Source of the DNA: Ostrea edulis
Lineage: Eukaryota
DNA: 64,000 nt
Reading direction: 5' to 3'
Assembly: GCF_947568905.1 (NCBI RefSeq)
Contig: NC_079172.1
Span: forward strand, 43,214,001-43,278,000
Of the stretch, positions 1 to 12,922 are shown in pieces. The notes beneath the pieces are model-generated. The model was given only the letters and a program-made list of their open reading frames with translations. It had not been told where the DNA came from and ran no database searches. A program made the position numbers and the translations under genes. The number at the start of each line of letters is the position of its first letter. The stretch's first letter is position 1.

Positions 1-382
1 CTAACCTCTAGACCACCACCGTGGCTCGACCCATGGATCTCGAGGCCCATATCAGCTATCTTGCTCTCACAAATATATATGTATCTTCATAAGTTTATGA
101 GTCCTACTTGTAGTCTCACACTGAAACAAAAACTCGCTATTGGATAACTCAGAATGCATGCATATTGCATTATCTATTTCTAATTTCTCCCAGTTCACGG
201 TATATATGCACTGAATGTGTTGGGGGGGGGGGGGGGGGGGGGGGGGTGTTAGAAAATGAGAAATTCAAACACATTGATTACAAGTTATAAAATTGGTATT
301 TTATTTTCATTTAGAAATGTTTACTGATTTTGATATATCAAAAACTTAGAATAATCAACAATGACACTTCATCTACATTTAT

Positions 383-2242
383 GCAATATTATCGTCTTTA
401 AGAAAGACATATAATAGTATACATGAGTATATGTACTTGTTTTCCATTAAATTCACACTTTAGTATGTTGCACAATATATCTGGGCTCACAAATACATTA
501 TTGATTCTATCCAAGTCCCACATTGTGCAGAAGTTCTTGAATTTTCTCTGTAATCTGTAAAGTTGTGGGGTCCAGGGGATATGACATCATCAATGTAAAT
601 GAAGTACCTGTTAAAATATATTCTGTATATTCAAATATTGAAAAAAAAAAAAAGATGAATATGATTATTTAATATACTAAGAATTGTCTTTACAAATGTC
701 TGGTGTTAAAATAAAAATTTCTATCTTAGAAAATACTGTACCTTTCTTGCTGATTTTCAAGGCAAATTGCTGTTGAAGTTGTTGACTCGAAGCCCATTTC
801 AACTTGCACTGGTCCTTAGGATGACACTTAGGGAAAAAATCATCATAATTAATATTTGCACAGTCAGTATTAATCATTAATTATACTGTGTCAGACAATG
901 TCAATTTTAAAATTGTGTGTCTCAATGCATCTTCAGTGAACTTTAAAATACTGATATATTGAAAATTACATTTATTATGTTAATTTTTAAAATCTTGTCT
1001 GAAATCAGTATTACATATGTAACACTATGTTAAATGTGTGCAGTGCAGCAATGTGAACTCTTGCAGTAGTAGTACATCTGAATGATTGTTATTTACTTTA
1101 TATTGTTATAGCTAACTTCTATTTAAACTGTACATACCCCATACACCCCCCCCCCCCCCCCCCCCCCCCCATAATGAGGTGAATAAACATCATGATTATC
1201 ATATTGCAATATGAGATGACAGATATGTTTTCATACGATAAACTACCAGTTCATTCTAATAATACCAAAACAAGTCAACTCTAGATTTATCAGACATGTC
1301 TCCTTTACCAAGTGTGGGTCAAGAGAAGGACATACATATCTTATGTTCATACAATACATACATTTGCCTATAAGGGGGCTTGTGATTTTACAAAATATTA
1401 ATATTTTAAATTGTAGACTTGCATGCTTGTGTGAAACATGAAACCCCAGATTTGAAATATCTCTTAGGTCAATGAAATTTCAAGATATTATAAGTACTAT
1501 CATTTAGTGCAACAACAACCCCCCCCCCCCAACCCCCCCCCCCCCCCCCGAAACTTGGGAGAGCCCTATTTTTTTTAATGTGGCATATACATGATATTCA
1601 TTTACAATTACATGAGCATGTAGGAGTTATATTTTGGGCACATATGGAATATATAAATGCAAAGAAAATGAAACATCTCCAAGTTGTGTGTTTATAGATG
1701 TTATTATAAAATCACGTTGTGAAATAGCAGAGGAAAAGTGGGTTGAATACAAATTTAATTTGCCATATTTTTTCACTTACCAAACGAAATTATATTCTCG
1801 TTGTCCACGTTGAATGCATCCATCGAATCCCTCTTCTCAGAAGAAACTTTGTTTAAACTCTCAATGACTACATAAACAGTATTGAAACTCGCAGCACTCG
1901 GAGTCGGACATCACGATCACGCTACATCAACAACTTTGTAAAATTGTTTACGTAGCGCAGCTATGCATGGTCGTGAGGTAAAAAGTGCCATTCTGCACGG
2001 ACGAAACATTTGGTCCACTATTATTACATTGACGTATTCCTAATCTAAACTATGGCCAACTGTCTCTATCTTTCGTCGAGACGACCCCCTCAATCATCGA
2101 GTCAGTCACAGCAACAACTTGTACTTTCGGAACCCCTTCATGTTTTTCAACTACTCTATGACGGTGTACGGAATTCCGGAAAATAAATTCACGTGAATAT
2201 ACACGATTTTTACTGATCACGTGGTTGCTATCCGTCTCTACC
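383..2242. mobile_element. Partial TTAA-flanked (Kolobok-like) element, copy 1 of a head-to-tail pair
   Basis: Similar to 3739-5598. Ends ...GCTATCCGTCTCTACC followed by TTAA (2243-2246), immediately followed by the start of the next copy. Left end not identified. Confidence 0.55.
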
Positions 2243-2246
2243 TTAA

Positions 2247-5200
2247 GGTAGAGATTGATAGGTTGATGCTAAAAAAAATAACCATTGAATTTTTTTTATT
2301 TTGATATATGTTTATGATGAAGCTTCGATATAAAACATAATAAAAAATCAATGTAGGTAATCGACCTTGTTTTTGAGAAATAGGGCGATTTTAACAACAC
2401 CTTCTTTAGTCCCTGTAAAGCGTAAAAAGTGAAGAAAAATAAGTAGAGAGCAATATACAAATAGAGCTATAACATTTTTATTGTAAAGAGGATCATAACT
2501 TGTCATATATGGTTCCAAACAACTTTTCACATAATTGTATATTACACATCAATTTCAAGTTCAGCAATCATTATTAACATGCAACAACATTACTTCAACA
2601 CAGCTACATTGGCCAATTACCTTAAAACAGTGTACAATATTTGCACACAGGGTCATACCTTTGCTTAAGCTGCAAAAAAATTACCCATCAAATTTCGTAT
2701 TTTATTTCATTAAGTGGTCAGTCTATTAGTAAGCAAAATATATGAAAAAAATTATACACCATAATGGGGTTCAATATGGAACTAGCAAAAAATTCCTAAC
2801 CCCACTCCCTTTTAACAAAGTACACATTTTCTTAAGAAAAAGGGTTATTAAAAGATGTTGTAAACAATCCATCAAAAACAGCTTGCTGAAATTCGAAGAT
2901 TCTTTGTAATACCTTTTTTGAATTAATAAATATAATACAGAAAGTATGTATTTCAAATTTTAGCTTATATTTTGTTGTAGTTCTCGTTGTTGACCTTTGT
3001 GCACTTACACTCAGAATATAGATTTATCATACGTCATCATATTTGATGATTAATATCAAGAGTTTTCCCAAATAAAAATCCCCACAAAAAATAGAAATAC
3101 AATTTATATTTGTTAAAACAAATGTCTCCATTACATCCCAACCCCTTCAATATACTGCATGGTATGGAGGAGAAAGAATGAGCAGGAACATAGACGTCAT
3201 GAATTGCACTCGGTGCATTGAGAAGAAAGATTCAGCCAGCAGAGATAAACTACTGACCTTTTTATAACTTAGAATGTTTAAGCATTCCCAAATTACCTCT
3301 TTGAAAATTGAACATGACAATAAGAAGGTTTCTATAAGCTATTTCAGGGGCGGATCAGGAATTGAAGTTGGGAGGGGGGGGGGTGCAACTGTATGAGGCA
3401 GGGGTCTGGGGGCCGCCTTGAAGGGGGGATTCCCCCAGAAACTCCTGGATTTTACAGATTTTTTAGGGCTTAAAATATGTCTCCTATGTAGTCATTTTGA
3501 TTATTTTCTGTCATTTTTAATAAGGTGAAATTAATAAAATAACGCAAATTTTAAGGGTTTTGGAAAAAGTAGCAGTTCTCCCACTAAAAGTAATTCAATA
3601 AATCAAAAGATTTTGTCAGACATTTATTTCTCTGAGAGTGGAGGAAATTATAGTTTCTTTTATCGTATATATTTCTCTAAACAAGAGACCACGATTTACT
3701 TTAAACTTGAAAATTTTAGGGGGGCTCGCGCCGGTTATTATACAATATTATTGTCTTTAAAAAAGACATGTAATACATGAGTACATGTACTTGTTTTCCA
3801 TTAAATTCACACTTTAGTATGTTGCACAATATATCCATTGCTCTGGGCTCACAAATACATTATTGATTCTATCCAAGTCCCACATTTTGCAGAAGTTCTT
3901 GAATTTTCTCTGTAACCTGTAAAGTTGTGGGGTCCAGGGGATATGACATCATCAATGTAAATGAAGTACCTGTTATAAAAAATATATTCTGTATATTCAA
4001 ATATTGAAAAAAAGATGAATATCTAATATACTAAGAATTGTCTTTATAAATGTCTGGTGTTAAAATGAAAAATTCTATCTTACTAAGACAGAAAATATTG
4101 TACCTTTCTTGCTGATTTTCATGGCAAATTGCTGTTGAAGTTGTTGGCTGGAAGCCCATTTCAACTTGCACTGGTCCTTAGGATGATGCTTAGAAAAAAA
4201 TCATCATAATTAATATTTGCACAGTCAGTATTAATCATTAATTATACTGTGTCAGACAATGTCAATTTTAAAATTGTGTGTCTCAATGCATGTTTAGTGA
4301 ACTTTAAAATGCTGATATATTGAAAATTACACACATAACATGTATTTTATTATGTTAATTTTTAAAATCTTGTCTGAAATCAGTATTACATATGTAACAC
4401 TACATGTATGTTAAATGTGTGCAGTGCAGCAATGTGAACTCTTGCAGTAGTAGTACATCTGCATGATTGTTATTTATTTCATATTGTTATAGTTACCTTC
4501 TATTTAAACTGTACATACCCTCCCACCCCGGGTCCTTAATGAGGTGAATAAACATCATAATTATCATATTACAATATGAGATGACAGATATGTTTTCATA
4601 AACTGCCAGTTCATTCTAATAATATCAAAACAAGTCAACTCTAGATTTATCAGACCTGTCTCCTTTACAGAGTGTGCGTCAAGAGGAGGACATACATATC
4701 TTATTTTCATACAATACATTTCTTTGCCTATGAGGGGGGCTTGTGATTTTACAAATATTTTAAATAAAGTTTTGTAGACCTACATGCTTGCATGAAACAT
4801 GAAACCCCAGATTTGAAATATCTCTTAGGTCAATGAAATTTCAAGATACTATAAGTACTATCATTTATACCAAATAGAATTTTAGTGCAACACCCCCCCC
4901 CCCCCCCCTCAAACTTGTGAGAGCCCTATTTTTTTTTAAATCTGGCATATACATGACATCCATTTACAATTACATGCACATGTAGGAGTTATATTTTGGG
5001 CACATATGGAATACATAAATGCACAAAAAATGAAACAGCTCCAAATTGTGCGTTTATAGATGTTATTATAAAATCGCGTTGTGAAATAGCAGAGGAAAAG
5101 TGGGTTGAATACAAATTCAATTTGCCATTTTTTTCACTTACCAAACGAAATTATGATTTTGTTGTCCACGTTGAATGCATCCATCGAATTCCTCTTCTCA

Positions 5201-5598
5201 GAAGAAACTTTGTTTAAACTCTCAATGACTACATAAACAGTATTGAAACTCGCAGCACTCGGACATCACGATCACGCTACATCAACAACTTTGTTTACGT
5301 AGCGCAGCTATGCATAGTGGTGAATTTCGTGAGGTAAAAAGTGCCATTCTGCACGGACGAAACATTTAGTCCACTATTATTACATTGACGTATTCCTAAT
5401 CTAAATTATGGCCAAATTTCTATATCTTTCGTCGAGACGACCCTCTCAATCATCGATTCAGTCACAGCAACAACTTCTACTTTCGGAACCCCTTTTTGTT
5501 TTTCAACTACTCTATGGCGATGTACGGAATTCCGAAAAATAATTTCACGTGAAAATACACGATTTTTACTGATCACGTGGTTGCTATCGGTCTCTACC
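2247..5598. mobile_element. Non-autonomous TTAA-flanked DNA transposon (Kolobok-like), ~3.35 kb
   Basis: TTAA at 2243-2246 and 5599-5602. Termini GGTAGAGATTGATAG / revcomp GGTAGAGACCGATAG (13/15). TTAA TSD with purine-purine termini fits Kolobok. Decayed exon-like segments on the minus strand. Confidence 0.65.
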
Positions 5599-6589
5599 TT
5601 AAGAAATAGTATTTAACACAATTAATGAATATTACAGTCTGTCTTGAATTCACAACAGACATAAGCAGACGATAGGGAGAAGTCGTTGGATCTTTTTCCA
5701 ACGTAGATCTCGCCAGAAACCGGTAGGCAGAGAGTAGAAATTGTTAAAAACAAGCCGTGAATCGAGGGCCCCCCAGAAATCCAAGATGGCGAGTGTCGTC
5801 CCTTTACTTTTTTAAATGTACACATGATACACCTTTTTTAAAACCTCGAAAAAGGCGGATTTTGGTGGTGGATTTTATTTACATAATTTATTATTCGGAC
5901 ACAAATCATGCAAAACTTCAATTTATTATTCAGGAACAAATAATACAAAACTTCAATATCTGACAACCGAGCCCCTGTGCTCTACCCATGAGCGGATGAT
6001 TGATCTAAAACCTATTTTACTGAATATTTTCGATAATAAACAGCTGTCAAGTTGAAGAATTTAGTTTTTTATGAGTTAGAACTAACATTACATGACACAA
6101 TTATGCAGTATGTTTACTTTTGGTAAAGGAGACAAACTGAATGCAAAGGGGTCGGGAATAAAACAATTAGCTGGGTAAAGTAAATATATGCAGGTATCTA
6201 TTTGTACCATGTTTTGTCAATCTCTCTGATTAATAGTTGATCATATAAACTTGTAATAACACATTTTTTTGGGGGGGATACTGACAGCTAAAGGGGGGGA
6301 GGACACATTTACAAAGCAATGCAGTTTCTCATTTTCATTATGTTTTAATTAATGATAATATTTTTTGATGGGACAAGAGGGGGTGGGAGTGGTGTCATCC
6401 CCCATTTGGTAGTTCATATGTAACAAATATGGGGATTTGGGTTGCAAATTTGATAATTTTAATTTACACATACCTCTTTTACGGGGATAATATAAATTAC
6501 ACTTGCCCCCCCCCCCCCTTCCTTTGCAAATTTTCTTGATCCACCCCTGCAATACTTTTAATGATATTCACTTGATGTCTATGCTTGTT

Positions 6590-7200
6590 ACAGATGCTGT
6601 TATATACATCATTTCCTTCAGAAGTATCAATGTGTTGGTGGCTGTTATGAAGAGAATGGGCCCATTTTAACAACTTCTAGGATGGGCGGTACAAGGGTTC
6701 ATACCAGTGATCAATTTCTCATGACTCTTATGAAGTTGCACCTAAATCTAAGGGATCTACATATCAAGGGGCTCAATGCCGAATTACCTCTGAAAGATCG
6801 CAATGGATACAACAAACATAACACTGGATTTAACTTTAAAAATGAATAACTAGTCATTATCTGACAGCAACAACATTGTGCAAAATTTGTCACACAGCAA
6901 AGGCTATCACATGTGTAGCACAATTGTTCTGAATTTTATCCTGGATCCACCTCTGATGGTGACATTGTTGATCACTGAGGTGTATTGGAGATGTTGACGC
7001 CAGATGATATATGATTCTTGCTAATAAAGAATTTGATATATTTGATAAACTTTAATCAGGAGTGACATTGAACATATCACCTTTTCTTTCATCAAAATCT
7101 CATTTCAGTAAGGATGAAGCACAGCTGTTACAAGACCAGGAAGAGTCAAATTCATGTGGAGTGTGCAATTGAATAATTAAAAACATCCATATTCTAAATC
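6590..7200 (+). pseudogene. Decayed PIF/Harbinger-ISL2EU family (DDE_Tnp_4-like) transposase
   Basis: Pieces across frames: DQFLMTLMKLHLNL (from 6709), YPGSTSDGDIVDH*GVLEML, ILANKEFDI (cf. ILADKGF), GVTLNISPFL, QIHVECAI. Several stops and frameshifts. Confidence 0.7.
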
Positions 7201-7231
7201 ATATACCTTCACAATACAGACATATATACAT

Positions 7232-7776
7232 TTATTATATACCCATCAATGTATCATTCTTTGATACTGTGGATTTCACAGCGTGTGATCCGGTTTTCCG
7301 GATCACCACACTGTGGTTTTCTGATTCCGTATCAGTATCCTCACAATGCATCAACGCAACGTTTTTTGCTTAAAATATTGGCCGTGTCACAAACAAAACT
7401 GCATACACAAAACATAATTTCACTGTATGTCTGTATTTTTGATAATTTGGATTACATTTATTATCTTTATTATTATATACCCCCTTATGCATTTTAAATC
7501 CACATTTATATGATACTAAATGTAATCCAAATTATCAAAAATACAGACATACAGTGAAATTATGTTTTGTGTGCAGTTTTGTTTGTGACGCGGTGAATAT
7601 TTTAAGCAAAAAAAAAAAAACAACGTTGCGTTGTGCGTTGATGCATTGTGACGGCATCAGTTTCAGAGGATACTGATACGGAATCAGAAAACCACAGTGT
7701 GGTGATCCGGAAAACCGGATCACACGCTGTGAAATCCACAGTATCAACAAACGATACATTGATGGGTATATAATAA
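7232..7776. mobile_element. Foldback/MITE with ~230-260 bp inverted arms
   Basis: TTATTATATACCCATCAATGTATC... at 7232 is the reverse complement of ...GATACATTGATGGGTATATAATAA ending 7776. Arms match with small indels around a ~60-bp spacer. Explains the mirrored ORFs 7249+ and 7535-. Confidence 0.85.
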
Positions 7777-7989
7777 AACTTCTTACTCACATTATTCTGC
7801 ATTGTCAAGTTGCATTAAATACATTCAAGTAAATGATAAAGTGAACATTTATTTAAGGTTGCTAGTCAAAGAAATTGTTACAATGGTGATTCATGCACAT
7901 CTTTACACTGATCATTTGTAGCAAAAAACAAAATAAAACTAATGGAAGACATTTAAATTTTCACAAGTCTGTCTAGTTGGTTATTGCAG

Positions 7990-8710
7990 AGAGGGCACAA
8001 AGGCTCAATCATGTATGCCAAGTTTAATTCCCATAATTCATCTCTAAGGATGAGAATCACTTCCATGTCCATTGGTGTTCAAACTATGAAATCACAAGTG
8101 GTGCCTGTGAGGTAAAGCTGATGGAGAACTTGATGCCAATAAGCATGGCTCTCTTTGAGCTGCAGCGCACCTTCCGGGTTGCACTCTGGAAATTTTACCC
8201 CCAAAAAATATATTAAAAAAGACTGACATCCACTATATATATTCTTTCATAAAAATACCAATGCTAGATAATTCTTATTTGGACATTCAACATTTTCTTA
8301 TAGCATAATAAAATTTATTTACTTATACCGCTGTCTGATAGAATTTTTAAAGAAAAACCTTATAATGATATCTGCATTTATCTAGCAAAAATCCCTATAT
8401 GTTTGCACAGGCATCCTTTGCTGTCGCAGAGAAAGGACATTTTTAAAATTTATATATTGTCTGGAGATGCATTCATTTTTGGTGAAGCTTTATATTTTGG
8501 GATCACCTGAATTTACATGTATACAAGTTTCATTACAGAATGAATAGCATTTAATATTGATAGCTTGACGAGCATGTATTGCATAAAGAGCTCTGGTGGG
8601 TTACCTATATTCTGATTGCCTGGGTGGATACATTTCTCTCATTGTCATAGCTTTACGAGGTGCAGACTTAGGATGCTTTATCCAGCTGTGTTGTTTGCCA
8701 TTTTATATCT
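7990..8710 (-). pseudogene. Decayed YqaJ/lambda-exonuclease-like accessory ORF of an ISL2EU-type transposon
   Basis: Exon from 8185 (-) reads LQLKESHAYWHQVLHQLYLTGTTCDFIV*TPMDMEVILILRDELW, like the YqaJ C-terminal H.YY.QVQ.QL...CDFVVW motif with W changed to stop. Converges on the transposase relic at 6.6-7.2 kb. Confidence 0.65.
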
Positions 8711-10190
8711 AAAAGATTAACAAATTAACATTGTAGTCATTTTCACACAAAACATGTAGATTATGCACACCAAAATGCAAATTGACTATCTGGACTAGTC
8801 AATATTTCATAATAGACATATAATATGTTCTATCAATTCAGCTGAAATTCAGATAAACCAAAATTCATAAGATATACATGTATTTATATCTACAATCCAT
8901 GAAATATGCCATTGGCAGATTTGAGGGGAGATAGATCTCCACCTCATGACCCCCCCCCCCCCCCCCTATTTGAATTCCTGGGTCTGCAATACTAGTATAT
9001 ATAGAATTGCACACTAAAATGTTTGTTGACTATCTGGATTAGTGATAATTCAGCTGAAATTCAGATAAATCAAAAAATCTTAGATGCCAGTCGCAGATTT
9101 AACCCCCCCACACCCCACACCCCCCATCCCCAAATTTCTGGATCTGTTCCTGTATGCAGTTTTACATACCAAATGTATATACTATAATATTATAAACTAC
9201 TGCAGCTACATAGTGGTGACAAAACTGACTCGTGGGATTGCCATATGTCACTGATATGATTTGGTGTCAGTAAAAAGTTCTGTCTTCATTTTATAGAAAT
9301 ATCTTTATGAAATGATTTAGATAAATTTCTAAATGAAACTGTAAAACGTTCAAAATCATAGAATAAAACAGGGCTATATATCCATGTTATACACAACAGG
9401 AAAAAGTTTTATTCTTTTCGAGCTCTAGCGTTTTCACTCGATGCAGATTATTACCGGGGGGGGGGGGTAACCACAACATCAATCAAGAATCAGTCTAATC
9501 AGAACTACGCAAATATATTGCTGAGATTTTGATCGAGGACTTTCGATATCTTGAGCTAAACTCTGAGATATAGATGTATGGGTGTATATGATGCAAATGA
9601 CTGTACAGTGCATGATGCAAACGACTCTATAATGTAAACATACCTGTAGCTGTACTTTGTTGGAAAATGTCTCGTATTGACGCTTGAACAACCGCTGTAA
9701 TAAACCAGAGCTCTATCTAGAACACATTTTCTAAACTCAGTTGTTATCCACCGCGCTCTCGCTTTTTGTAGTAAGCTCTATGTGGTTTTGAACGTAGCGA
9801 GTCTAGTACATTATTGATAACGCCATCCTGACAACTGCCCGGAAGTACGATTTCACGTTATTTCTCGCGAGTCACATGACGAGACTTTCCGACCCTAATG
9901 TTCCTAGCAGAAACAACACGTAAGACATGGGCGAATCCAGAAGGGGGGGGGGGTCCAGGGCGTCCTGACCCCCCTCCCCTTTGGAGAACCAAACAATTTA
10001 AGAATTATTCAATTTTAACGAGACTTTGAGTCCAAATGATATGAATGGTAGATACTTACATGTATATGTACTACTAATTGCTTCATTCAAATTTATCAAC
10101 ACCAGTATGATTATCATTTAATTCTAGGATAAATAAGACGACACACTGATGAAATATTTACGATATTTTCGTCAGATGCAAGTATCGCTT

Positions 10191-10284
10191 CAATCTAATT
10201 AAAATTAGATGTTTGATCCGCTCGCGTACTCGCATACATAACATCTAACAACATCCCATGGAGGGTCACGTCAGAGGTCAAATT
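10191..10284 (+). repeat. Left terminal inverted repeat (94 bp)
   Basis: CAATCTAATTAAAATTAGATG...GTCAAATT; base-by-base reverse complement of 20773-20866. Confidence 0.97.
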
Positions 10285-10380
10285 TATGTAAAAATATCGA
10301 CCAATCATTGCGAAGACGGAAGAACCTTTTGTGACCAATGAGAATCAGTTGTACAAACTACGTTTGGTTGTTGAAGGAAA

Positions 10381-12922
10381 ATGGCGGCGAAAGACAGTAC
10401 AAGCGAGGCGATTGAAAACGTGCTGAAAAAATTTAATATCCAAAGTTTAAAACGCGAACAGCGACAGGTGTTACAGTGTCTGTTAGACCGGGTAGACTGT
10501 ATGGCGGTCCTCCCGACTGGATTTGGAAAATCCCTGCCCTTCCAAATGTTAATCCCTGTCCAGAGAGAGATGGGCAGCAATATTGGGAAAATAATTGTGT
10601 GTTGCCCATTGATTTCCCTGATGCAGGACCAAGTGGCACGTTTACAGGAAATTTCCAGATATGACAGCTGCATATAAAGGTTAGTGTGTTTACTATTGTT
10701 TTGAATATTGCGAAGTCGAAATCAGTTGAATAGGTGATTTATAACTTAAGCGTTGTGGGAATCATATTGTGTAAATTAACTGACATTGAATATTCGATCT
10801 CATGTTTTTAAAAAAGAAAACTTAAACTTTAAGATTCTCGTATCATAGTTTAACATGTATTATTTATCAGGTTAATGTGCCCGAATGTTATTCACCCCAT
10901 GTCTTATATCCTGCAATTTTCATAGCTTTTCAAAACTATTTGCAATGGCTTGATTAAGCTAGTATTAAATGAACTTCTAAAATGCAATGGCATAGCCCTA
11001 ATGTTGCATAATAATTTTGGAACATCTTTATACATAGTTGAAGTATTTTTCACAATGTGTTTTGTGGAGTACAATGATGAAATATTTTCACTCAGTAAAA
11101 TTTATTTTCTATGCTCTTACAAATCCATTTGATAAAAGATATGAAATAGCTAAATCAAGCTGTTTCAAGTAGTTTTTGTTAGCTATACAGCTTTATAACT
11201 AAATATATACAGATTGTGTTGAACCTGATTGTATTTGCACATGTGAAATCAATTAGAACAGGTATATTATAAAAATTAAAATATATATTTGAAGGGTCCA
11301 GTGATGAAACCGACAGAAAAATACTGGAAGGAACAGTAGACATAGTGTATGGCTCCCCAGAGGCATTAGTTGGCGACATAGAATGGAGAGAATCTATGCG
11401 TAATCTTGATGTCACTACTATTGTTATTGACGAGTTTCATACAATAGCAACATGGTAAATGCATTTTTGTTTTAAAGTCTAGTTGTAAATGACTAGTAAA
11501 GGTGATGTACACTATAAAGACCAATAATTCTTGATTGATTTGTACCATTAAAATTAAATTTGTCTTGAAGCATCCCCCCTAATGTTGGATCAATCTATGT
11601 ACTTGGTACACCCAAATTCTACCCTTTTCTTGATTTTTGTGGAATTTCAGAATATTGTCTCCCTCCACCCCCCAACATCAATTAATTTAATGATCATATT
11701 CAGTTTCCCTTCTGTGTTGACATTTATTATATATTATTTGCTAAGCATTTTCTGTTATCACCAGTAAACTTGCCATTGTTTTAAGACTTGACTTATGTAC
11801 ACATGATGTAGGGGAAAAAAACCATTCTCGAGTCAGGCATATTATTTTTTACCATTATGGCTGGAGAAGGGCAAAATGAGTTGTAAACGTGACCCAAAAA
11901 GGTTTAAATTATAAAGAAATGATGTTACAATAAAATTAAATAAGATTGTCAACTGAAAGTTGCCTTAAAACTTAATTTTTTCTTCATATATTTGCTTTAA
12001 CAGGGGTCAAAGTGAAAATGGCAAAGAGGCTTTTAGGAAATGGTTTGGACACGTTGGGGAGCTAAGGTCCATGTTTCCAGATGCAAATTTGTTGGCCTTG
12101 TCTGCAACATGCACAAAGAAAATTGCTAGACGTGTTAAAAAGTGTCTGGGTGATGGAACAGTGGAAATCATAATTTCTCCTGACAAACCAAACATCAAAT
12201 TATCAGTGACTAAGGTATCAACCAATATAGAGAACTCTATGTTTTGGATAATTGATCCACTTCAAGAATTACAAGAGAAATTTCCACGGGTAATAATTTA
12301 CTGTACCTCAATTAATGATGCAGCAAAAGTTTGCAATTACTTAATCGAAGAAGTGCCATCAAGTGTCCGAAATATTGAATTATACCACTCAGAAACAGAA
12401 GATCTTAAGAAAGAGTACATTGTTAATGAACTGAAAGACTTTAACAGTTCTCTTCGTATCCTGATTTCTACAAGTGCTTTAGGCATGGGAATAGATGCCA
12501 AAGGATTCCACAGTGTGGTTTTATTTGGAGCTCAATCAAACTGTTCTGATCTTATACAGGAAATTGGAAGAGTAGGAAGAGACAACATGCCATCGGTTGC
12601 GTTAATTGTTTACAACTCGTATCACCAACGATTAGCAGATGAATCTGTCAAGAAAATTCTTGTGACAAAGGAATGTCGTAGACTATGTCTTCTAGAAAAC
12701 TTTTTGAATGACAAGGGAATACAAGAAATTAGAGAAAATATTTTGGGACATCACACTTGTTGCGATAATTGTGCAGCAAAATGTTCTTGCAATAAATGTG
12801 AACTACTGCCCATCGAAAAAATGTTCAATTTTGCTAATGTGTACTCTGCGCCAGACAGTGATAGTGACGAGACAGAGTATTATGATTCTTTTGATGAAGA
12901 AATACATGATTTGATAGAGTAA
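10381..12922 (+). CDS. RecQ-like superfamily 2 helicase of AcademH (3 exons; ~458 aa after correcting a 1-bp frameshift in exon 1)
   Basis: Exons 10381-10679, 11295-11454, 12004-12922 (GT-AG). Motifs: I PTGFGKS, Ia CPLISLMQDQ, II DEFH, III SAT, V TSALGMGID, VI QEIGRVGR, then CRR...CCDNC Zn module. An extra T at 10652-10654 creates TAA at 10675-10677; removing it restores phase with exon 2. Confidence 0.9.

Noticed and set aside
5622-5825. THAP C-terminal half (GKRSND...AYV)
   Set aside because: Only a weak resemblance; the diagnostic CS.HF residues are absent.
10381-12922. Host RecQ/BLM/WRN DNA-repair gene
   Set aside because: Lies inside perfect TIRs with a TSD, is compact, lacks HRDC and N-terminal extensions, and is paired with a transposase.
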